Shown here one piece after another: positions 26,948 through 38,727 of a stretch of 64,000 nt of DNA. The first letter of the stretch is position 1; every line of letters starts with the position of its first letter. The notes under the pieces were generated by a model. That model saw nothing but the letters and a program-made list of their open reading frames with translations, was not told where the DNA came from and made no database searches. Source of the DNA: Longimicrobiales bacterium (lineage in GTDB: Bacteria; Gemmatimonadota; Gemmatimonadetes; Longimicrobiales; Gaopeijiaceae); the NCBI GenBank assembly GCA_041690395.1, contig JAWLHJ010000004.1, positions 273,365 through 337,364 on the forward strand. The letters are read 5' to 3'. The translations under genes were made by a program, and so were the position numbers.

Positions 26948-28599
26948 AGGGTCCGCTCCCCGATGCCGAGGAGCTCGGCAGCCTTTCGCCGGTTCCCGTC
27001 CACCTCTGCCAGGGCCGCCTCGATGGCGCGCCGCTCCATCTCCTCGATCGTCATCCCCGGACGGTAGACTACCTCCCGCCCATTCGCTTCCAACGCCCGG
27101 TCCGCGTCCTCTGGAGCATCCTGGCCGGCTTCCTCCGGGCCCGGTACATCCGCGGCGCCCACGGCCTCGTCGTCTTCGGCGGGCCGTCCGCGCGAGTAGG
27201 GGCCGATCTCCAGACCGCGCCGCCCCTCCCCGGACAGGCCCTCGGTCTGGAGCCTGCCGCCGAGCCGACCCAGGACGGCCTCACCGACCTCACCGAGGGC
27301 CGGATGCTCGCTCCGGTACGCTTCGAACTCCCGTCGCAGGTCGTCGACGTCGACCCGGAGCTCCACGAGCGTACGGAACACGAACTCGAGCTCCGGACGC
27401 ACGCCTCGTGAGCCGGGAGCGTCGTCAGGGCGGCCACCGCCACCCCCCGCCCGGGGAATGGGCGCGGGCAGCAGCGACGCACCCCTGCCCTCGCGGACCT
27501 CGTTCGGAATGTCCTCGGGACGGATCACCTTGCCGTGCGCGAGCACGACCATCGACTCGACCAGATTCCGGAGCTCCCGTACGTTTCCCGGCCAGGTGTA
27601 GGCCCTCAGGATCTCCATGGCCTCCGACGTGATCCCTGGGAAGTCGAGGTCGTGCGTCTCCGACACCTCGCGGACGAAGGCCTCGATCAGAAGCGGGATG
27701 TCGTCCCTGCGCTCACGGAGCGGCGGAAGCTCGATGCTGAGCACGTTCAGCCGGAAGAAGAGGTCCCGCCGGAACTCTCCGATGGCGACGAGCTGACGGA
27801 GATCCTGGTTCGTCGCGGCCACGATGCGCACGTCCACCTTGATGGACTGCTCCCCTCCGACGCGGTGGAACTCTCGCTGCTCCAGGACACGTAGCAGCTT
27901 GGTCTGTGTCGCCAGCGGCATCTCCCCGATCTCGTCGAGGAAGATGGTTCCCCCGCTGGCCAGCTCGAACAGCCCCCGTCTGGAATCGATCGCGCCGGTG
28001 AACGCGCCCTTCTCGTGACCGAAGAGCTCGGACTCGAGCAGAGTCTCGGACAAGGCGGCGACGTTCACCGCGATGAACGGCTTGTGGCGGCGCGGCGAAA
28101 GGGCATGGATGCCACGCGCGACCAACTCCTTGCCGGTGCCGGATTCGCCGGTGACGAGCACCGTCGAGCCGACCGGCGCGATCTGCACGACGCGCTCCAA
28201 CACCTGGTGCATGGCATCGGTCTGGCCGACGATGCCGGTGACCCGGCGGAGCCGTCTCCGTTCGACGACGCCCCGGCCGACCAGCACGATGTCCTCCACA
28301 GGCGTCGAACGCGAGAAGACCTCGTCGAAGCCGGGCCGCTGGGCCGGCCGAAGCCGGTCCTGGTCGGCCACCACGAAGACCGGGATGTGCAGACGGTCCC
28401 GCGCGAATGCGGCCAGGCCTTCCCGTCCTTGCTCGGGCATGTCCGTCAGCACGAGGAGCTCCGCTCCTTCGACGCCGTCCACGTCCTCGGCGGGCGTGAC
28501 CAGCTCGACCGGATACCCCGCGTCGCGGAAGCCGTCACGCAGCTTTCCCGCGAGTGGGAGGTCGTGCGTGGAGACGAGAATCCGTTCCTGCCGCTTCAC
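26911..28599 (-). CDS. Sigma54-dependent activator (degenerate receiver-like domain, AAA+, Fis-HTH)
   Basis: [53 protein letters not shown] start overlaps mog stop. Confidence 0.92.
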   Translation of the reverse strand: MKRQERILVSTHDLPLAGKLRDGFRDAGYPVELVTPAEDVDGVEGAELLVLTDMPEQGREGLAAFARDRLHIPVFVVADQDRLRPAQRPGFDEVFSRSTPVEDIVLVGRGVVERRRLRRVTGIVGQTDAMHQVLERVVQIAPVGSTVLVTGESGTGKELVARGIHALSPRRHKPFIAVNVAALSETLLESELFGHEKGAFTGAIDSRRGLFELASGGTIFLDEIGEMPLATQTKLLRVLEQREFHRVGGEQSIKVDVRIVAATNQDLRQLVAIGEFRRDLFFRLNVLSIELPPLRERRDDIPLLIEAFVREVSETHDLDFPGITSEAMEILRAYTWPGNVRELRNLVESMVVLAHGKVIRPEDIPNEVREGRGASLLPAPIPRAGGGGGRPDDAPGSRGVRPELEFVFRTLVELRVDVDDLRREFEAYRSEHPALGEVGEAVLGRLGGRLQTEGLSGEGRRGLEIGPYSRGRPAEDDEAVGAADVPGPEEAGQDAPEDADRALEANGREVVYRPGMTIEEMERRAIEAALAEVDGNRRKAAELLGIGERTLYRKISKYELED

Positions 28600-29102
28600 C
28601 GGCCGTTCTCCGAAGCCTCGTGCGCGGTGTCCTCGCCCCGCAGCATCCTGACGACGTGCGGGAGGATCCGTCCGAGCACCTCCAGCCCGTCGTCCACCCC
28701 GGAGGTACTTCCCGGAAGGTTCACGATCAGGCTGCGGCCGCGCGTGCCGGCCACGCCGCGCGACAACGCCGCGAACGGGGTCGAGCCGAGACCGTGCAGG
28801 CGAAGCGCCTCGGCGATCCCGGGCGCCTCGCGCTCGAGCACCGCGCGAGTCGCCTCCGGCGTGACGTCTCGTGGCGTGAGCCCCGTGCCCCCGGTGGTCA
28901 GGATGACGTCCGGCGCCAGCGCGTCGGTCCACGTCGCGAGCGTGCCCGCGACCCGGTCAGTCTCGTCCGGCACCACGTCCCTGGCGACCACGTCCGCGCC
29001 CACATCCCGACACCACGCGACGATGCGCTCCCCGCTGAGGTCCTCGCGGGTCCCGTGCGCGCAGCCGTCGCTGACGGTCAGAATGGCCACCGTCGTACTC
29101 AC
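28596..29102 (-). CDS. MogA/MoaB molybdopterin adenylyltransferase
   Basis: ILTVSD, EDLSG, TTGGTGLTPRDVTPEAT, NLPGS. Confidence 0.93.
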   Translation of the reverse strand: MSTTVAILTVSDGCAHGTREDLSGERIVAWCRDVGADVVARDVVPDETDRVAGTLATWTDALAPDVILTTGGTGLTPRDVTPEATRAVLEREAPGIAEALRLHGLGSTPFAALSRGVAGTRGRSLIVNLPGSTSGVDDGLEVLGRILPHVVRMLRGEDTAHEASENGR

Positions 29103-30205
29103 CGCCGGATCGACCCCTCCCGGTAGAAGGGGGGGCGGGTCACGGTGGCGGCCAGCTTGCGACCGCGCGCGTCCACCTGGAGCGAGGTGCCCTCGGCCGC
29201 GAGCTCCAAGGGCACGTATCCGAGCGCGATGCCGTAGCCCAGCGAGGGGCTGACGGTGCCGCTCGTGAGGACGCCCACTTCTTCACCGCCCGACACGACC
29301 GCATATCCCGGACGCGGAAAGCCCCGCTCCTCGAGCTTCAGCCCCACCAGCTTCCGCTCGAGCCCCGCCTCCTTCTGCCGGCGCAGCGCTTCACGCCCGA
29401 CGAAGTCTCCCTTGTCGAGCTTCGTGATCCATCCGAGGCCCGACTCGAGGGTGGTATGCTGGTCGTCGAGGTCGTTGCCGTAGAGGGGGTATCCCACCTC
29501 CAGTCGGAGGGAGTCGCGGGCGCCGAGCCCGGCCGGGGCGACCCGGTCGCCGCCGGCGCTCAGGATCTTCCGCCAGAGCTCCGGGGCGTCGTCTGCGGCC
29601 AGGTAGAGCTCGAAGCCGTCCTCGCCGGTGTATCCGGTGGCGCTGATCATGGCCGACGCGCCGGCGACAGTGCCTTCGCCGAAGCGGTAGTAGCGGATGT
29701 CGTCGAGATCGAGGTCCACGAGCGGCCGCAGCACGTCGCGTGCGGCCGGCCCCTGGAGCGCCAGGAGCGCGGTCTCGTCCGAGACGTCCTGGACGTCGAC
29801 GTCGAGCCCCTCGGCGTGCCCGCGGATCCAGTCGAGATCCTTGTCGAGGTTGGCCGCGTTCACGACCAGCATGTAGCGGTCCGCGAAGCGATACACGATG
29901 AGGTCGTCCACGACGCACCCCGACTCGAAGCACATCGCCGAGTACTGGGCCTGACCCACCTCGATCTTCGCGGCGTCGTTCACCGCCACCTTCTGGATGA
30001 GCGCCAGCGCGTCGGGGCCGGTCACCATGAACTCACCCATGTGCGAGACGTCGAAGAGTCCGGCCCGCTCCCGCACGGCCTTGTGCTCGGCGGTGATTCC
30101 CGTGGGGTACTGGACCGGCATCTCGAAGCCGGCGAAGGGGACCAGCTTGGCGTCGAGCCGGACGTGCTCCTCGTGGAGGGGCGTGCGCTTCAGGGAGTCG
30201 GTCAT
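29099..30205 (-). CDS. gcvT: Glycine cleavage system aminomethyltransferase T
   Basis: [39 protein letters not shown]. Confidence 0.97.
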   Translation of the reverse strand: MTDSLKRTPLHEEHVRLDAKLVPFAGFEMPVQYPTGITAEHKAVRERAGLFDVSHMGEFMVTGPDALALIQKVAVNDAAKIEVGQAQYSAMCFESGCVVDDLIVYRFADRYMLVVNAANLDKDLDWIRGHAEGLDVDVQDVSDETALLALQGPAARDVLRPLVDLDLDDIRYYRFGEGTVAGASAMISATGYTGEDGFELYLAADDAPELWRKILSAGGDRVAPAGLGARDSLRLEVGYPLYGNDLDDQHTTLESGLGWITKLDKGDFVGREALRRQKEAGLERKLVGLKLEERGFPRPGYAVVSGGEEVGVLTSGTVSPSLGYGIALGYVPLELAAEGTSLQVDARGRKLAATVTRPPFYREGSIRR

Positions 30206-31122
30206 GTCATCAGCTCCAACAGGATGGCTTTCTGCACGTGCAGCCGGTTCTCGGCTTCGTCGAAGATCCGCGACCGTGGTCCGTCGATCACGCTCGCGGA
30301 CACCTCCTCACCCCTGTGGGCGGGGAGGCAATGGAGAAAGATCGCTTCGGCGCGGGCGGCCGCCATGAGCGCGTCGTCCACGATGAAGCCATCGAACGCC
30401 GCGCGGCGCGCCTGGGCTTCCTCCTCTTGTCCCATGGACGCCCAGACGTCGGTCGTGACCACGTCGGCGCCTTCCACGGCTTCATGGGGATCACGCGTGA
30501 GGATCACGCGCCCCTCCGTCGAGGCCCGCTCGAAGATGGCCGGGTCGGGGTCGTACCCCTTGGGGCACGCGAGCCTCAGCTCGAAGCCGAGCCTCTCCGC
30601 CGCGTTCAGCCACGAGTTGGCCATGTTGTTTCCGTCCCCGACCCAGGCGACGACGCGGCGGTCGTGGTCGTCACCGAACGACTCGGCGATCGTCTGGAGA
30701 TCGGCCAGCACCTGGCACGGGTGGAGGAGGTCCGTCAGCGCGTTGACGACTGGCACCTCGGCGTACTCGGCGAGCTCGACGACCTCCTCGTGCTCGAAGG
30801 TCCGGATGACGATCCCGTCGACCATGCGGGCCAGCACGCCCGCCGTGTCCCGGATCTCCTCGCCCCTACCGATCTGGCTGTCGCGCTCGGACAGGAAGAG
30901 CGCATGGCCGCCGAGCTGGGTCATGCCGACCTCGAAGGAGACCCGGGTCCGGGTCGAGCTCTTCCGGAAGATCATCGCCAGGCTCTTACCGGTCAGCATC
31001 GCCGGGTCCTCACGCCTCTTCAGGCGTCGGGCGCGGTCGAGCAACGCGACCAGCTCGTCCCGGCTGAAGTCCGTGATCGCCAGAAAGTCCCGGTGATCAC
31101 CGCCCCTGGGGCCAGCCTTCAC
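30202..31122 (-). CDS. argF: Ornithine carbamoyltransferase
   Basis: [33 protein letters not shown]. Confidence 0.96.
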   Translation of the reverse strand: MKAGPRGGDHRDFLAITDFSRDELVALLDRARRLKRREDPAMLTGKSLAMIFRKSSTRTRVSFEVGMTQLGGHALFLSERDSQIGRGEEIRDTAGVLARMVDGIVIRTFEHEEVVELAEYAEVPVVNALTDLLHPCQVLADLQTIAESFGDDHDRRVVAWVGDGNNMANSWLNAAERLGFELRLACPKGYDPDPAIFERASTEGRVILTRDPHEAVEGADVVTTDVWASMGQEEEAQARRAAFDGFIVDDALMAAARAEAIFLHCLPAHRGEEVSASVIDGPRSRIFDEAENRLHVQKAILLELMT

Positions 31123-32600
31123 AGGATGTACCGGCTCAGGTCTTCGTCCTCGGAGACCTTCATGAGGCGATCCCGAACGAATGCCGCGTCGACCACGAAG
31201 CGCTCGGACGCCCTGTCCGGAAGGTCGAAGAGCACGTCCTCGAGGAGCGTGGTCATGACAGTCTGGAGTCTGCGGGCACCGATGTTTTCCATGCGATCGT
31301 TGAGCCGCATGGCGATACGCGCGATCTCGTCGATCCCGTCCTCGGTGAACTCGATGTGCGCGCCTTCGGTCTCGATCAGCATCCGGTACTGCTCGAGCAG
31401 GGCGTTCTTCGGCTCCTTCAGGATTCGCACGAAGTCCTCTTCCTTCAGGCTCCGGAGCTCGACCCGCACCGGAAAGCGCCCCTGCAGCTCGGGAATCAGG
31501 TCCGACGGCTTCGAGACGTGGAACGCACCCGCGGCGATGAAGAGGATGTGGTCGGTGCGCACGAGACCGTACTTCGTGGCGACCGTGGATCCCTCGACGA
31601 TCGGGAGCAGGTCGCGCTGGACCCCCTCACGGCTCACATCGGGGCCGTGGCCTCCGCGCTCGCCCGCGATCTTGTCGATCTCGTCGAGGAATACGATTCC
31701 CATCTCCTCGACCCGATAGAGCGCTTCGTTCACCACCTCGTCCATGTCGACGAGCTTCTCCAGCTCGTCCTGCAGCAGGATGCGGCGCGCTTCGCTCACC
31801 GAGACCGTGCGGCGCTTGGTCCGCTTCGGCAGCATGTCCTGCAGCATCTCGGTGAAGTTGTGATCGAGCCCCTCACCGCCCATCGGGAGCATCATGCCGT
31901 CGATGGATGTGGACTGCGTGACCTCGATCTCGACCTCGCGCTCCTCGAGCTTCCCGTCGTCGAGCAGCTTACGGAGCTTCTCACGCGTGCGCTTCCGCCG
32001 CTCCTGAACCTCCTCGGTGCCCCGCTGGATGCCCTCGGGGCCGGCCACGTAGACCTGGGGCCGCTCGTCGTCGTCCTTCGGCGGCTCGGGATCCGGGTTC
32101 GAGGCCGGCAGGAGCAGGTCGAGGAGGCGCTCGACCACGCGAGCCTCCGCGATGTCCTGTACCTCGTACTCGCGGTCCGCCCGCACCAGGTTGATGGCGA
32201 TGTCGACGAGATCCCGGATCATGGACTCCACGTCGCGCCCGACGTACCCGACCTCGGTGAACTTGGAGGCCTCGACCTTCAGGAAAGGCGCCCCCGCGAG
32301 CCGTGCCAGCCGGCGGGCGATCTCGGTCTTTCCGACGCCGGTCGGACCGATGAGGATCAGGTTGTTCGGGATGATCTCCTGACGCATCTCCTCATCGACG
32401 CGCTGCCTGCGCCACCGATTGCGGAGCACGATCGCCACGGCCTTCTTGGCGGCACTCTGACCGACGATGTACTTGTCGAGCTCGGCGACGATCTGCCGCG
32501 GGGTCAGCTCGTCGAGCCACGCCTCCACGTCCTCCGGGTTGTCCGAGGTCTGCGCCGGCGGTTCCGGAGGCGTCCCCTTCTCAACGATCTCTATGCTCAT
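31119..32600 (-). CDS. hslU: HslU ATPase
   Basis: [46 protein letters not shown]-terminus. Confidence 0.98.
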   Translation of the reverse strand: MSIEIVEKGTPPEPPAQTSDNPEDVEAWLDELTPRQIVAELDKYIVGQSAAKKAVAIVLRNRWRRQRVDEEMRQEIIPNNLILIGPTGVGKTEIARRLARLAGAPFLKVEASKFTEVGYVGRDVESMIRDLVDIAINLVRADREYEVQDIAEARVVERLLDLLLPASNPDPEPPKDDDERPQVYVAGPEGIQRGTEEVQERRKRTREKLRKLLDDGKLEEREVEIEVTQSTSIDGMMLPMGGEGLDHNFTEMLQDMLPKRTKRRTVSVSEARRILLQDELEKLVDMDEVVNEALYRVEEMGIVFLDEIDKIAGERGGHGPDVSREGVQRDLLPIVEGSTVATKYGLVRTDHILFIAAGAFHVSKPSDLIPELQGRFPVRVELRSLKEEDFVRILKEPKNALLEQYRMLIETEGAHIEFTEDGIDEIARIAMRLNDRMENIGARRLQTVMTTLLEDVLFDLPDRASERFVVDAAFVRDRLMKVSEDEDLSRYIL

Positions 32601-33160
32601 CCCGCTCCCTCCCCTTCATCGCCGAGTTCGAGCACGACGATGTCCTTGTTCGTATAGATGCAGATGTCCCCGGCGATCTCGAGCGCTTTGCGGACGATGT
32701 CCCTGGCGACCAGGTCCGAGTTGTCCTTCAACGCCCGCGCGGCGGCGAGCGCGTACGAGCCGCCCGAGCCGATCGCGATGACGTCGTCGTCCGGCTCGAT
32801 CACGTCGCCGGTGCCGCTCACGAGGAACAGATGGTCGTCGTCGGCGACGGCGAGCAGGGCGTCGAGCTTCCTCAGGTACCGGTCCAGACGCCAATCCTTC
32901 GCCAGCTCCACGACCGCGCGCGTCAGATTGCCCGGGTAGCGCTCCAGCTTCTCCTCGAGCTTCTCGAAGAGTGTGAAGGCATCGGCCACCGCCCCGGCGA
33001 AGCCCGCGATGATCCGGCCGTCCTTCAACAGCCGGACCTTCCGGGCGGAGCCCTTCACCACGGTATCTCCCATGGTGACCTGGCCGTCGCCGCCCATGGC
33101 GACCCGTCCGTGCTTCCGGACGGCGAGGACGGTGGTGGCTCGAACATCGGGCAGCGGCAT
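32597..33160 (-). CDS. hslV: HslV threonine protease
   Basis: TTVLAV N-terminal Thr, GDGQVT, IGSGG, ICIYTN. Confidence 0.97.
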   Translation of the reverse strand: MPLPDVRATTVLAVRKHGRVAMGGDGQVTMGDTVVKGSARKVRLLKDGRIIAGFAGAVADAFTLFEKLEEKLERYPGNLTRAVVELAKDWRLDRYLRKLDALLAVADDDHLFLVSGTGDVIEPDDDVIAIGSGGSYALAAARALKDNSDLVARDIVRKALEIAGDICIYTNKDIVVLELGDEGEGAG

Positions 33161-33269
33161 GAGGCGGTTCGCTCCTGACGGCTGGAAAGGTATGGAAAGC
33201 GGTGAGAACACGAGGTCGGCCACGCGGAACGCAGGCTCCTTCGCGGGGGCTCCGAATCTAACGGCAACG

Positions 33270-33284
33270 CTGCCGATATGGCAG
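33270..33284. promoter_or_regulatory. Palindrome CTGCC-N5-GGCAG upstream of hslV
   Basis: CTGCCGATATGGCAG overlapping a possible minus-strand CTGCCA-N18-TAGATT promoter. Confidence 0.45.
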
Positions 33285-33330
33285 GCGGCGAGAGAATCGC
33301 CCCAGGCCCGGTGGGCTTCGTCTCGCAGCC

Positions 33331-34254
33331 TCAGTCCGACCGGGGATGGGCGTCCCGGTAGACGCGGAGCAGCCGCTCCTTCGTCGTATGCGTGTAGATC
33401 TGCGTGGTCGAGAGGGACACGTGCCCGAGGAGCTCCTTCACGGCGAGGAGGTCCGCGCCCGCCTCCAGGAGGTGGGTGGCGAAGGAGTGCCGGAGGGAGT
33501 GGGTGGAAAGCCCGTGCGCCGCGGACACCGTCTCCAACGCGTCGTGGACCGACTGCTGGATCGACCGGCGCGAGAGCCGACGTCCCGCGGCGTTCACCAG
33601 GAGCGCGTCCGTCCCGGATTCGACCACCTCCGCCCGCCGGGGGAGATACCGATCGATGGCGTTCAGGGCGGCCTCCGTCACCGGCACGATCCGCTCCTTC
33701 CGTCCCTTGCCCAGCACCCGCACCTGCCGCCGTCCCCGCTCGATGTCCGGGAGGTCGATGCCGTGCAGCTCGGCCAGCCGGAGGCCGCTCCCGTACAGGA
33801 GCTCGAGCACGACCAGGTCACGCGTGCCCTTGAGCGTGTTCTCGGCCGCCCGGAGCTCTACCGCCTCGAGAACGGCGCGAGCGTCCGGCTCGGCCAGATG
33901 TCCGGGCAGGCGCTTCTCCGTCTTCGGCGTCCGGACGGCCCGGGTGGGGTCCGCCGGGATCCGGTCCTCGAGGTGCAGGAACTTGAAGAACGTCCGCGCC
34001 GCGGAGAGCTTTCGCGCGGCCGTCCGGCGGGAGAGGCCTCGCCGCTCACACCAGCCCAGGAATCCCCGGACGGCGAGCCGGTCGATCTCCGGGTCGTCCC
34101 AGTGCCACTCCGACCCTCCGAGGTAGTCGGACAGGAACGTCTCGAGCTGCCCGAGGTCGCGCGCGTACGCTTCGACCGTGTGCGGCGAGAGGCCCCGCTC
34201 GTCCTCGAGGTGGCCCAGGAAGTCGGCCAGCTCAGGACGCGGTGACGTGGCCAT
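33331..34254 (-). CDS. xerC: Tyrosine recombinase XerC
   Basis: [34 protein letters not shown]; trmFO-xerC-hslVU synteny. Confidence 0.9.
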   Translation of the reverse strand: MATSPRPELADFLGHLEDERGLSPHTVEAYARDLGQLETFLSDYLGGSEWHWDDPEIDRLAVRGFLGWCERRGLSRRTAARKLSAARTFFKFLHLEDRIPADPTRAVRTPKTEKRLPGHLAEPDARAVLEAVELRAAENTLKGTRDLVVLELLYGSGLRLAELHGIDLPDIERGRRQVRVLGKGRKERIVPVTEAALNAIDRYLPRRAEVVESGTDALLVNAAGRRLSRRSIQQSVHDALETVSAAHGLSTHSLRHSFATHLLEAGADLLAVKELLGHVSLSTTQIYTHTTKERLLRVYRDAHPRSD

Positions 34255-34263
34255 CCCGTGCGG

Positions 34264-35628
34264 CTACGCGCCCGGTGTCGCGGTCACGGCCACCGGAGCG
34301 CGGGTCTCGAGGCCGTGCTCGGACATCCAGGAGAGAAAGTCCGCCTGGGCCCGCTCGGCGAGCATCTCCCGCTTGCGACGCTTGTCCTTCACCCGCCGGT
34401 CGAGTGGATCGACCAGGCCCCAGTTCGAGTTCATCGGCTGGAAGTGTCCCGGCCGGGCGTCCCGCAGATACCGGTACAGCCCGCCCAGCATCGTCGTGGG
34501 CGGCGGCACCACGGGGTCGAGACCGTCGAGGATGCGGGCCAGATTCACGCCGGCCAGGATGCCGCTCGCCGCCGACTCCGTGTACCCCTCCACCCCGGTC
34601 AGCTGGCCCGCGAAGATCAGATCGGGCCGGTCCTTCAACGAGCCGTGGGCGCTCAAGCGCTCGGGGAAGTTGAGATAGCTGTTGCGGTGGATGGAGCCCC
34701 ACCGCAGGAACTCGGCGTCGCCCAGCCCGGGGATCTGCGTGAAGATCCGCTTCTGCTCTCCGATGCGGAGCCGCGTCTGGAAGCCGACCATGTTCCACAT
34801 CTGGCCGGCGCGGTCCTCGCGCCGGAGCTGGACCACGGCGTGCGGACGCTCTCCGGTGCGCGGATCCACCAGGCCGATGGGCTTCATGGGTCCGAAGCGC
34901 AGGGTATCCACCCCGCGCGACGCCATGACCTCGATCGGGAGGCATCCCTCGAAATAGGGCACGGCGTCCCAGTCATGACCCGCGTGCGCCTCGCCTCCCA
35001 CGACGGCTTCGATGAAGCGCGTGTACTCCTCCTCGGACATCGGGCAGTTCAGGTAGTCGGCGTCCTCGTCGAAACGACCGGCCGCGAAGACGATGTCGTC
35101 GTCCAGGCTGTCCCGGTGCACGATGGGGGCGATCGCGTCGAAGAAAGCGAGCCCGCCGTCGCCCAGCGCCTCTCCGATGCGCTCGCCGAGACCTTCGGAC
35201 GTCAGCGGTCCCGTGGCCACGATGGCCGGCCCCTCGGGTAGCCGCGTGCACTCCTCGCGCACGACCTCGATGGACGGCGACGACGTGACCGCCTCGGTCA
35301 TGGCCTCGGCGAAGAGATGCCGATCGACGGCCAGCGCCGAGCCGGCCGCGACCTTCGTCCGGTCCGCCGCGCGCAGGAGGAGCGAGCCCAGGGCGCGCAT
35401 CTCGCGCTTGAGCTGACCGTGGGCGTTCTCCGGCCCCTCGCTCTTGAACGAGTTCGTGCACACGAGCTCGCCGAGCCGGTCGGTCTGGTGCGCCGGCGTG
35501 GCACGAACGGGCCGCATCTCGACCAGGCGGACGGCGTACCCGCGGTCGGCCAGCTGGAGAGCGGCCTCACACCCCGCGAGGCCGCCTCCGACGACGGTCA
35601 CCCGTGCGTCGGGTCCGGCGCCGCTCAC
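34264..35628 (-). CDS. trmFO: tRNA (U54) methyltransferase TrmFO
   Basis: GGGLAGCEAA, ELVCTNSF, FFDAIAPI, FGPMKPIGL, AGQLTGVEGY. Confidence 0.96.
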   Translation of the reverse strand: MSGAGPDARVTVVGGGLAGCEAALQLADRGYAVRLVEMRPVRATPAHQTDRLGELVCTNSFKSEGPENAHGQLKREMRALGSLLLRAADRTKVAAGSALAVDRHLFAEAMTEAVTSSPSIEVVREECTRLPEGPAIVATGPLTSEGLGERIGEALGDGGLAFFDAIAPIVHRDSLDDDIVFAAGRFDEDADYLNCPMSEEEYTRFIEAVVGGEAHAGHDWDAVPYFEGCLPIEVMASRGVDTLRFGPMKPIGLVDPRTGERPHAVVQLRREDRAGQMWNMVGFQTRLRIGEQKRIFTQIPGLGDAEFLRWGSIHRNSYLNFPERLSAHGSLKDRPDLIFAGQLTGVEGYTESAASGILAGVNLARILDGLDPVVPPPTTMLGGLYRYLRDARPGHFQPMNSNWGLVDPLDRRVKDKRRKREMLAERAQADFLSWMSEHGLETRAPVAVTATPGA

Positions 35629-38150
35629 GACTTCTTCTTTCCTCGCCCGCCCTTCTTCGCGGGCTTGCGACCGCCTCTCTTGGCGCCGCGTCGGCCGCGA
35701 CCGCCGCCCTTGGCCGCCTTCTCGTCGATGAGCTGTACGGCGGTCTCGAGATCGACGTCCTCCGGCTCGGTCCCCTTGGGGAGCGTCGCGTTCACGTCGC
35801 CGTCGGTCACGTAGGGGCCGTATCGGCCCCCGTGGACGGTGAGGTCGGCCCCGGTCGTCGGGTGCTTCCCGAGCTCCTTGAGGGGGACCCGCTTGCCCGA
35901 CTTCTTCGCCTCGATGAGCTCCGAGGCCTTCTCGATGCTCACGTTCCAGAGCGCGTCGTGGTTCGGCAGACTCGCGAAGATCTTCCCGCGCCGCACGAAC
36001 GGTCCGAAGCGGCCGATGCCCGCCACGATCTCCTCGCCCGTCTTGGGATCCTCGCCCACGGTCCGGGGCAGCTCGAGCAGCTTGACCGCGTAGGCGAGGT
36101 CCACGTCCGCCGGCTGCATGCCGTCCGGCAGGCTCACCCGCTTCGGCTTCGCGTCCTCCTTCTCGGCGTCCATCTCCACGTACGGACCGTACGGACCGAC
36201 CTTGAGACGGACGTCGCGACCGGTGTCGGGGTGCTCGCCCAGCTCCTCGCCTTCCGGGTTGATGCCGTCCAGGGAGCGCGTGCTCTTGCACTCCGGGTAT
36301 CCGGAGCACCCGAGGAAGCGCCCGAACTTGTTCCACCGGACGAGCATCGGACGGCCGCACTTGTCGCAGACCTCGCCCTCGGCCGCGAGGATCTCCTTGA
36401 TGATCTCGTCCGAGTTCGTCTCGCCCGCCTCGATGCGCTCCAGGAAGCCCGGGTAGAACCCGCCGAGCAGGTTGCGCCACTCGACCTCGCCCTCCTCGAC
36501 CCGGTCGAGCTCCGTCTCCATCCGGCTCGTGAACTCGACGTCGAAGATGTTCGGGAAGAGGCGCACCAGCAGCTTCGCCACGACCTCACCCAGGTCCGTG
36601 GGCTGGAAGCGGCGCTTCTCGAGCTCGACATAGCCGCGGTCGACGATGACCGAGATGATGCTCGCGTAGGTGGACGGCCGGCCGATGCCGAGCTTCTCGA
36701 GCTCCTTGACGAGGCTCGCCTCGGAGAAGCGGGGCGGCGGCTGCGTGAAGTGCTGCCTGGGCTCGATCGACTCGAGGTCGCTGGTGTCCCCCTCCTCGAG
36801 CTCGGGAAGCGGATCCATGTCGTCGAACTGACGCGCGTCCCCTTCCTCGGTGGCCTCCTGGTAGAGCTTCGTGAAGCCCGGGAACTTCAGGATCGAGCCG
36901 GTGGACCGGAACAGGTAGGCGACCCCGGACTCCGCCCGCAGATCGAAGTCGATGGTCGTCGTGTCGTAGACGGCCGGCGGCATCTGGCTGGCGACGAAGC
37001 GGAGCCAGATGAGCTCGTACATCCGGGCCTGGTCGGGCTCCAGATAGCGGGACGCTTCCGTCGGGTCGATGGTCACATCGGTCGGACGGATGGCTTCGTG
37101 CGCGTCCTGCGCGGCCGGCGTGTTCCCGCCGCCGTAGAGGTTCGGCGACTTCGGCACGTAGCTGCTGCCGAACTTCTCGCCGATCCAGTCGCGGGCCTGT
37201 CCGACGGCGGTGGGCGACACACGGGTGGAGTCGGTACGCATGTAGGTGATCAGACCGATCTGACCCCGACCGCCGATCTCCTGACCCTCGTAGAGTCGTT
37301 GGGCCGTCGACATCGTGCGCCGGGCCGAGAAGCGGAGGCGCTTCGCCGCTTCCTGCTGCAGCGTCGACGTCGTGAACGGCGCCGACGGATTCTTCCGGCG
37401 CTCGCTCCGCTTGACCTCGGTGACCGCGAACGGCAGCGGCTCGACGTCGGCGAGCACCTTCTTCGCGGCTTCCTCGTCCCCCAGCGTGAACGACTTCCCG
37501 TCGATCTGGTGGAGCTTCGCCGTGAAGCCGATCTCCTGAGCCTTCAGGTGCGCCGTGATCGACCAGTACTCTTCCTGGACGAACGCCCGGATCTCGTCTT
37601 CGCGCTCGCAGATGAGGCGCAAGGCCACGGTCTGGACACGTCCGGCCGAGAGCCCGGGGCGGATCGGCTTCCAGAGCATGGGGCTCACCTGATAGCCGAC
37701 GAGCCGGTCCAGGATGCGGCGGGCCTGCTGGGCCTCGATCTTCTTCAGATCGAGGGGGCCCGGATGCTTCAGGGCCTCCTGCACCGCGCCCTTGGTGATC
37801 TCCCGGAACGTCACGCGCTCGAAGCGGGTGCTGTCCTTCTCGTAGCCGAGCTGTTCGGCGACGTGGTAGGCGATCGCCTCGCCCTCACGGTCCGGGTCCG
37901 TCGCGAGAATGATCCGGTCGGCGTTCTTCGCCTTCTTCTTGAGATCCGTGATGATCTTTCCCTTGCCACGGATCGTCACGTACTTGGGCTCGAAGCCGTG
38001 CTCGACGTCGACCCCCAGCTCCTTCGGGGGCAGATCCCGGACGTGCCCGACGGACGCGGCCACCTCGTACCCCTTCCCGAGGTACTTTCCGATGGTCCGG
38101 GCCTTCGCCGGGGACTCCACGATCACGAGGTTCTTTTCGGCGTCGCTCAT
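35625..38150 (-). CDS. topA: DNA topoisomerase I
   Basis: IVESPAKA, ATDPDREGEAIA, SAGRVQ, ITYMRTDS, GIGRPSTY. Confidence 0.98.
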   Translation of the reverse strand: MSDAEKNLVIVESPAKARTIGKYLGKGYEVAASVGHVRDLPPKELGVDVEHGFEPKYVTIRGKGKIITDLKKKAKNADRIILATDPDREGEAIAYHVAEQLGYEKDSTRFERVTFREITKGAVQEALKHPGPLDLKKIEAQQARRILDRLVGYQVSPMLWKPIRPGLSAGRVQTVALRLICEREDEIRAFVQEEYWSITAHLKAQEIGFTAKLHQIDGKSFTLGDEEAAKKVLADVEPLPFAVTEVKRSERRKNPSAPFTTSTLQQEAAKRLRFSARRTMSTAQRLYEGQEIGGRGQIGLITYMRTDSTRVSPTAVGQARDWIGEKFGSSYVPKSPNLYGGGNTPAAQDAHEAIRPTDVTIDPTEASRYLEPDQARMYELIWLRFVASQMPPAVYDTTTIDFDLRAESGVAYLFRSTGSILKFPGFTKLYQEATEEGDARQFDDMDPLPELEEGDTSDLESIEPRQHFTQPPPRFSEASLVKELEKLGIGRPSTYASIISVIVDRGYVELEKRRFQPTDLGEVVAKLLVRLFPNIFDVEFTSRMETELDRVEEGEVEWRNLLGGFYPGFLERIEAGETNSDEIIKEILAAEGEVCDKCGRPMLVRWNKFGRFLGCSGYPECKSTRSLDGINPEGEELGEHPDTGRDVRLKVGPYGPYVEMDAEKEDAKPKRVSLPDGMQPADVDLAYAVKLLELPRTVGEDPKTGEEIVAGIGRFGPFVRRGKIFASLPNHDALWNVSIEKASELIEAKKSGKRVPLKELGKHPTTGADLTVHGGRYGPYVTDGDVNATLPKGTEPEDVDLETAVQLIDEKAAKGGGRGRRGAKRGGRKPAKKGGRGKKKS

Positions 38151-38160
38151 CAACGACCTA

Positions 38161-38727
38161 TCAAGCCTTGCTGCGAGGAACTTCAGGGTACTTCCGTCCG
38201 AGGATCCCGAGGATCTCGGACGTGACATCTTCTACGGAGCGGCGGTCCGTGTCCACCACACCGCCCGCTCGACTGTAGCGCGGCTCTCGCTCCGCGAGAA
38301 GCCGGCGGGCGCGTCCCAGGGGGTCGTCTCCCGCCAGCAGCGGTCGGGTTCCGGGCCTCGCCGAAGCGCGGCGCACCGCCTCTTCGGCCGAGACGCGTAG
38401 CCAGAAGGTCTCGGTTCCCGCCGGTGCTTCGTCAAGTCGTCCGGGAACCGCGCCCCACCCTCCGCCCGCGGCCAACACGACCTCGTCCCGCCCCAGCAAC
38501 CGTCGTCCCACGCGGGCCTCGAGCTCCCGGAACGCGGCCTCTCCGACCGTCTCGAAGATCTCGGGCACGGTCATGCCCGCGGCCGCAGCCACCTCGTCGT
38601 CGAAATCGACGAAGCGCCATCGCAGCGCGCTCGCGACTCGCCGCCCGACGCTCGACTTACCGGCTCCCATGAAGCCGACCAGCAGGACCCGGCGCAGCCG
38701 GGCAGGCGCGTCGGGGTCACCGCTCAC
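38161..38727 (-). CDS. aroK: Shikimate kinase
   Basis: GFMGAGKSSVG, GEAAFRELE, GGG, RPLL, REPRY. Confidence 0.92.
   Translation of the reverse strand: MSGDPDAPARLRRVLLVGFMGAGKSSVGRRVASALRWRFVDFDDEVAAAAGMTVPEIFETVGEAAFRELEARVGRRLLGRDEVVLAAGGGWGAVPGRLDEAPAGTETFWLRVSAEEAVRRASARPGTRPLLAGDDPLGRARRLLAEREPRYSRAGGVVDTDRRSVEDVTSEILGILGRKYPEVPRSKA

Noticed and set aside
33331..34254. Tyrosine recombinase as a mobile-element integrase
   Set aside because: It sits in the conserved topA-trmFO-xerC-hslVU context, with no att repeats or cargo seen.
34264..36480. Apparent long N-terminal extension or fusion of TrmFO; same for other ORF-track extensions (thiD, tig, aroK, PNP, pilP)
   Set aside because: The extensions overlap neighbouring genes or intergenic features in other frames; true starts fit family N-termini or NTGA coupling.
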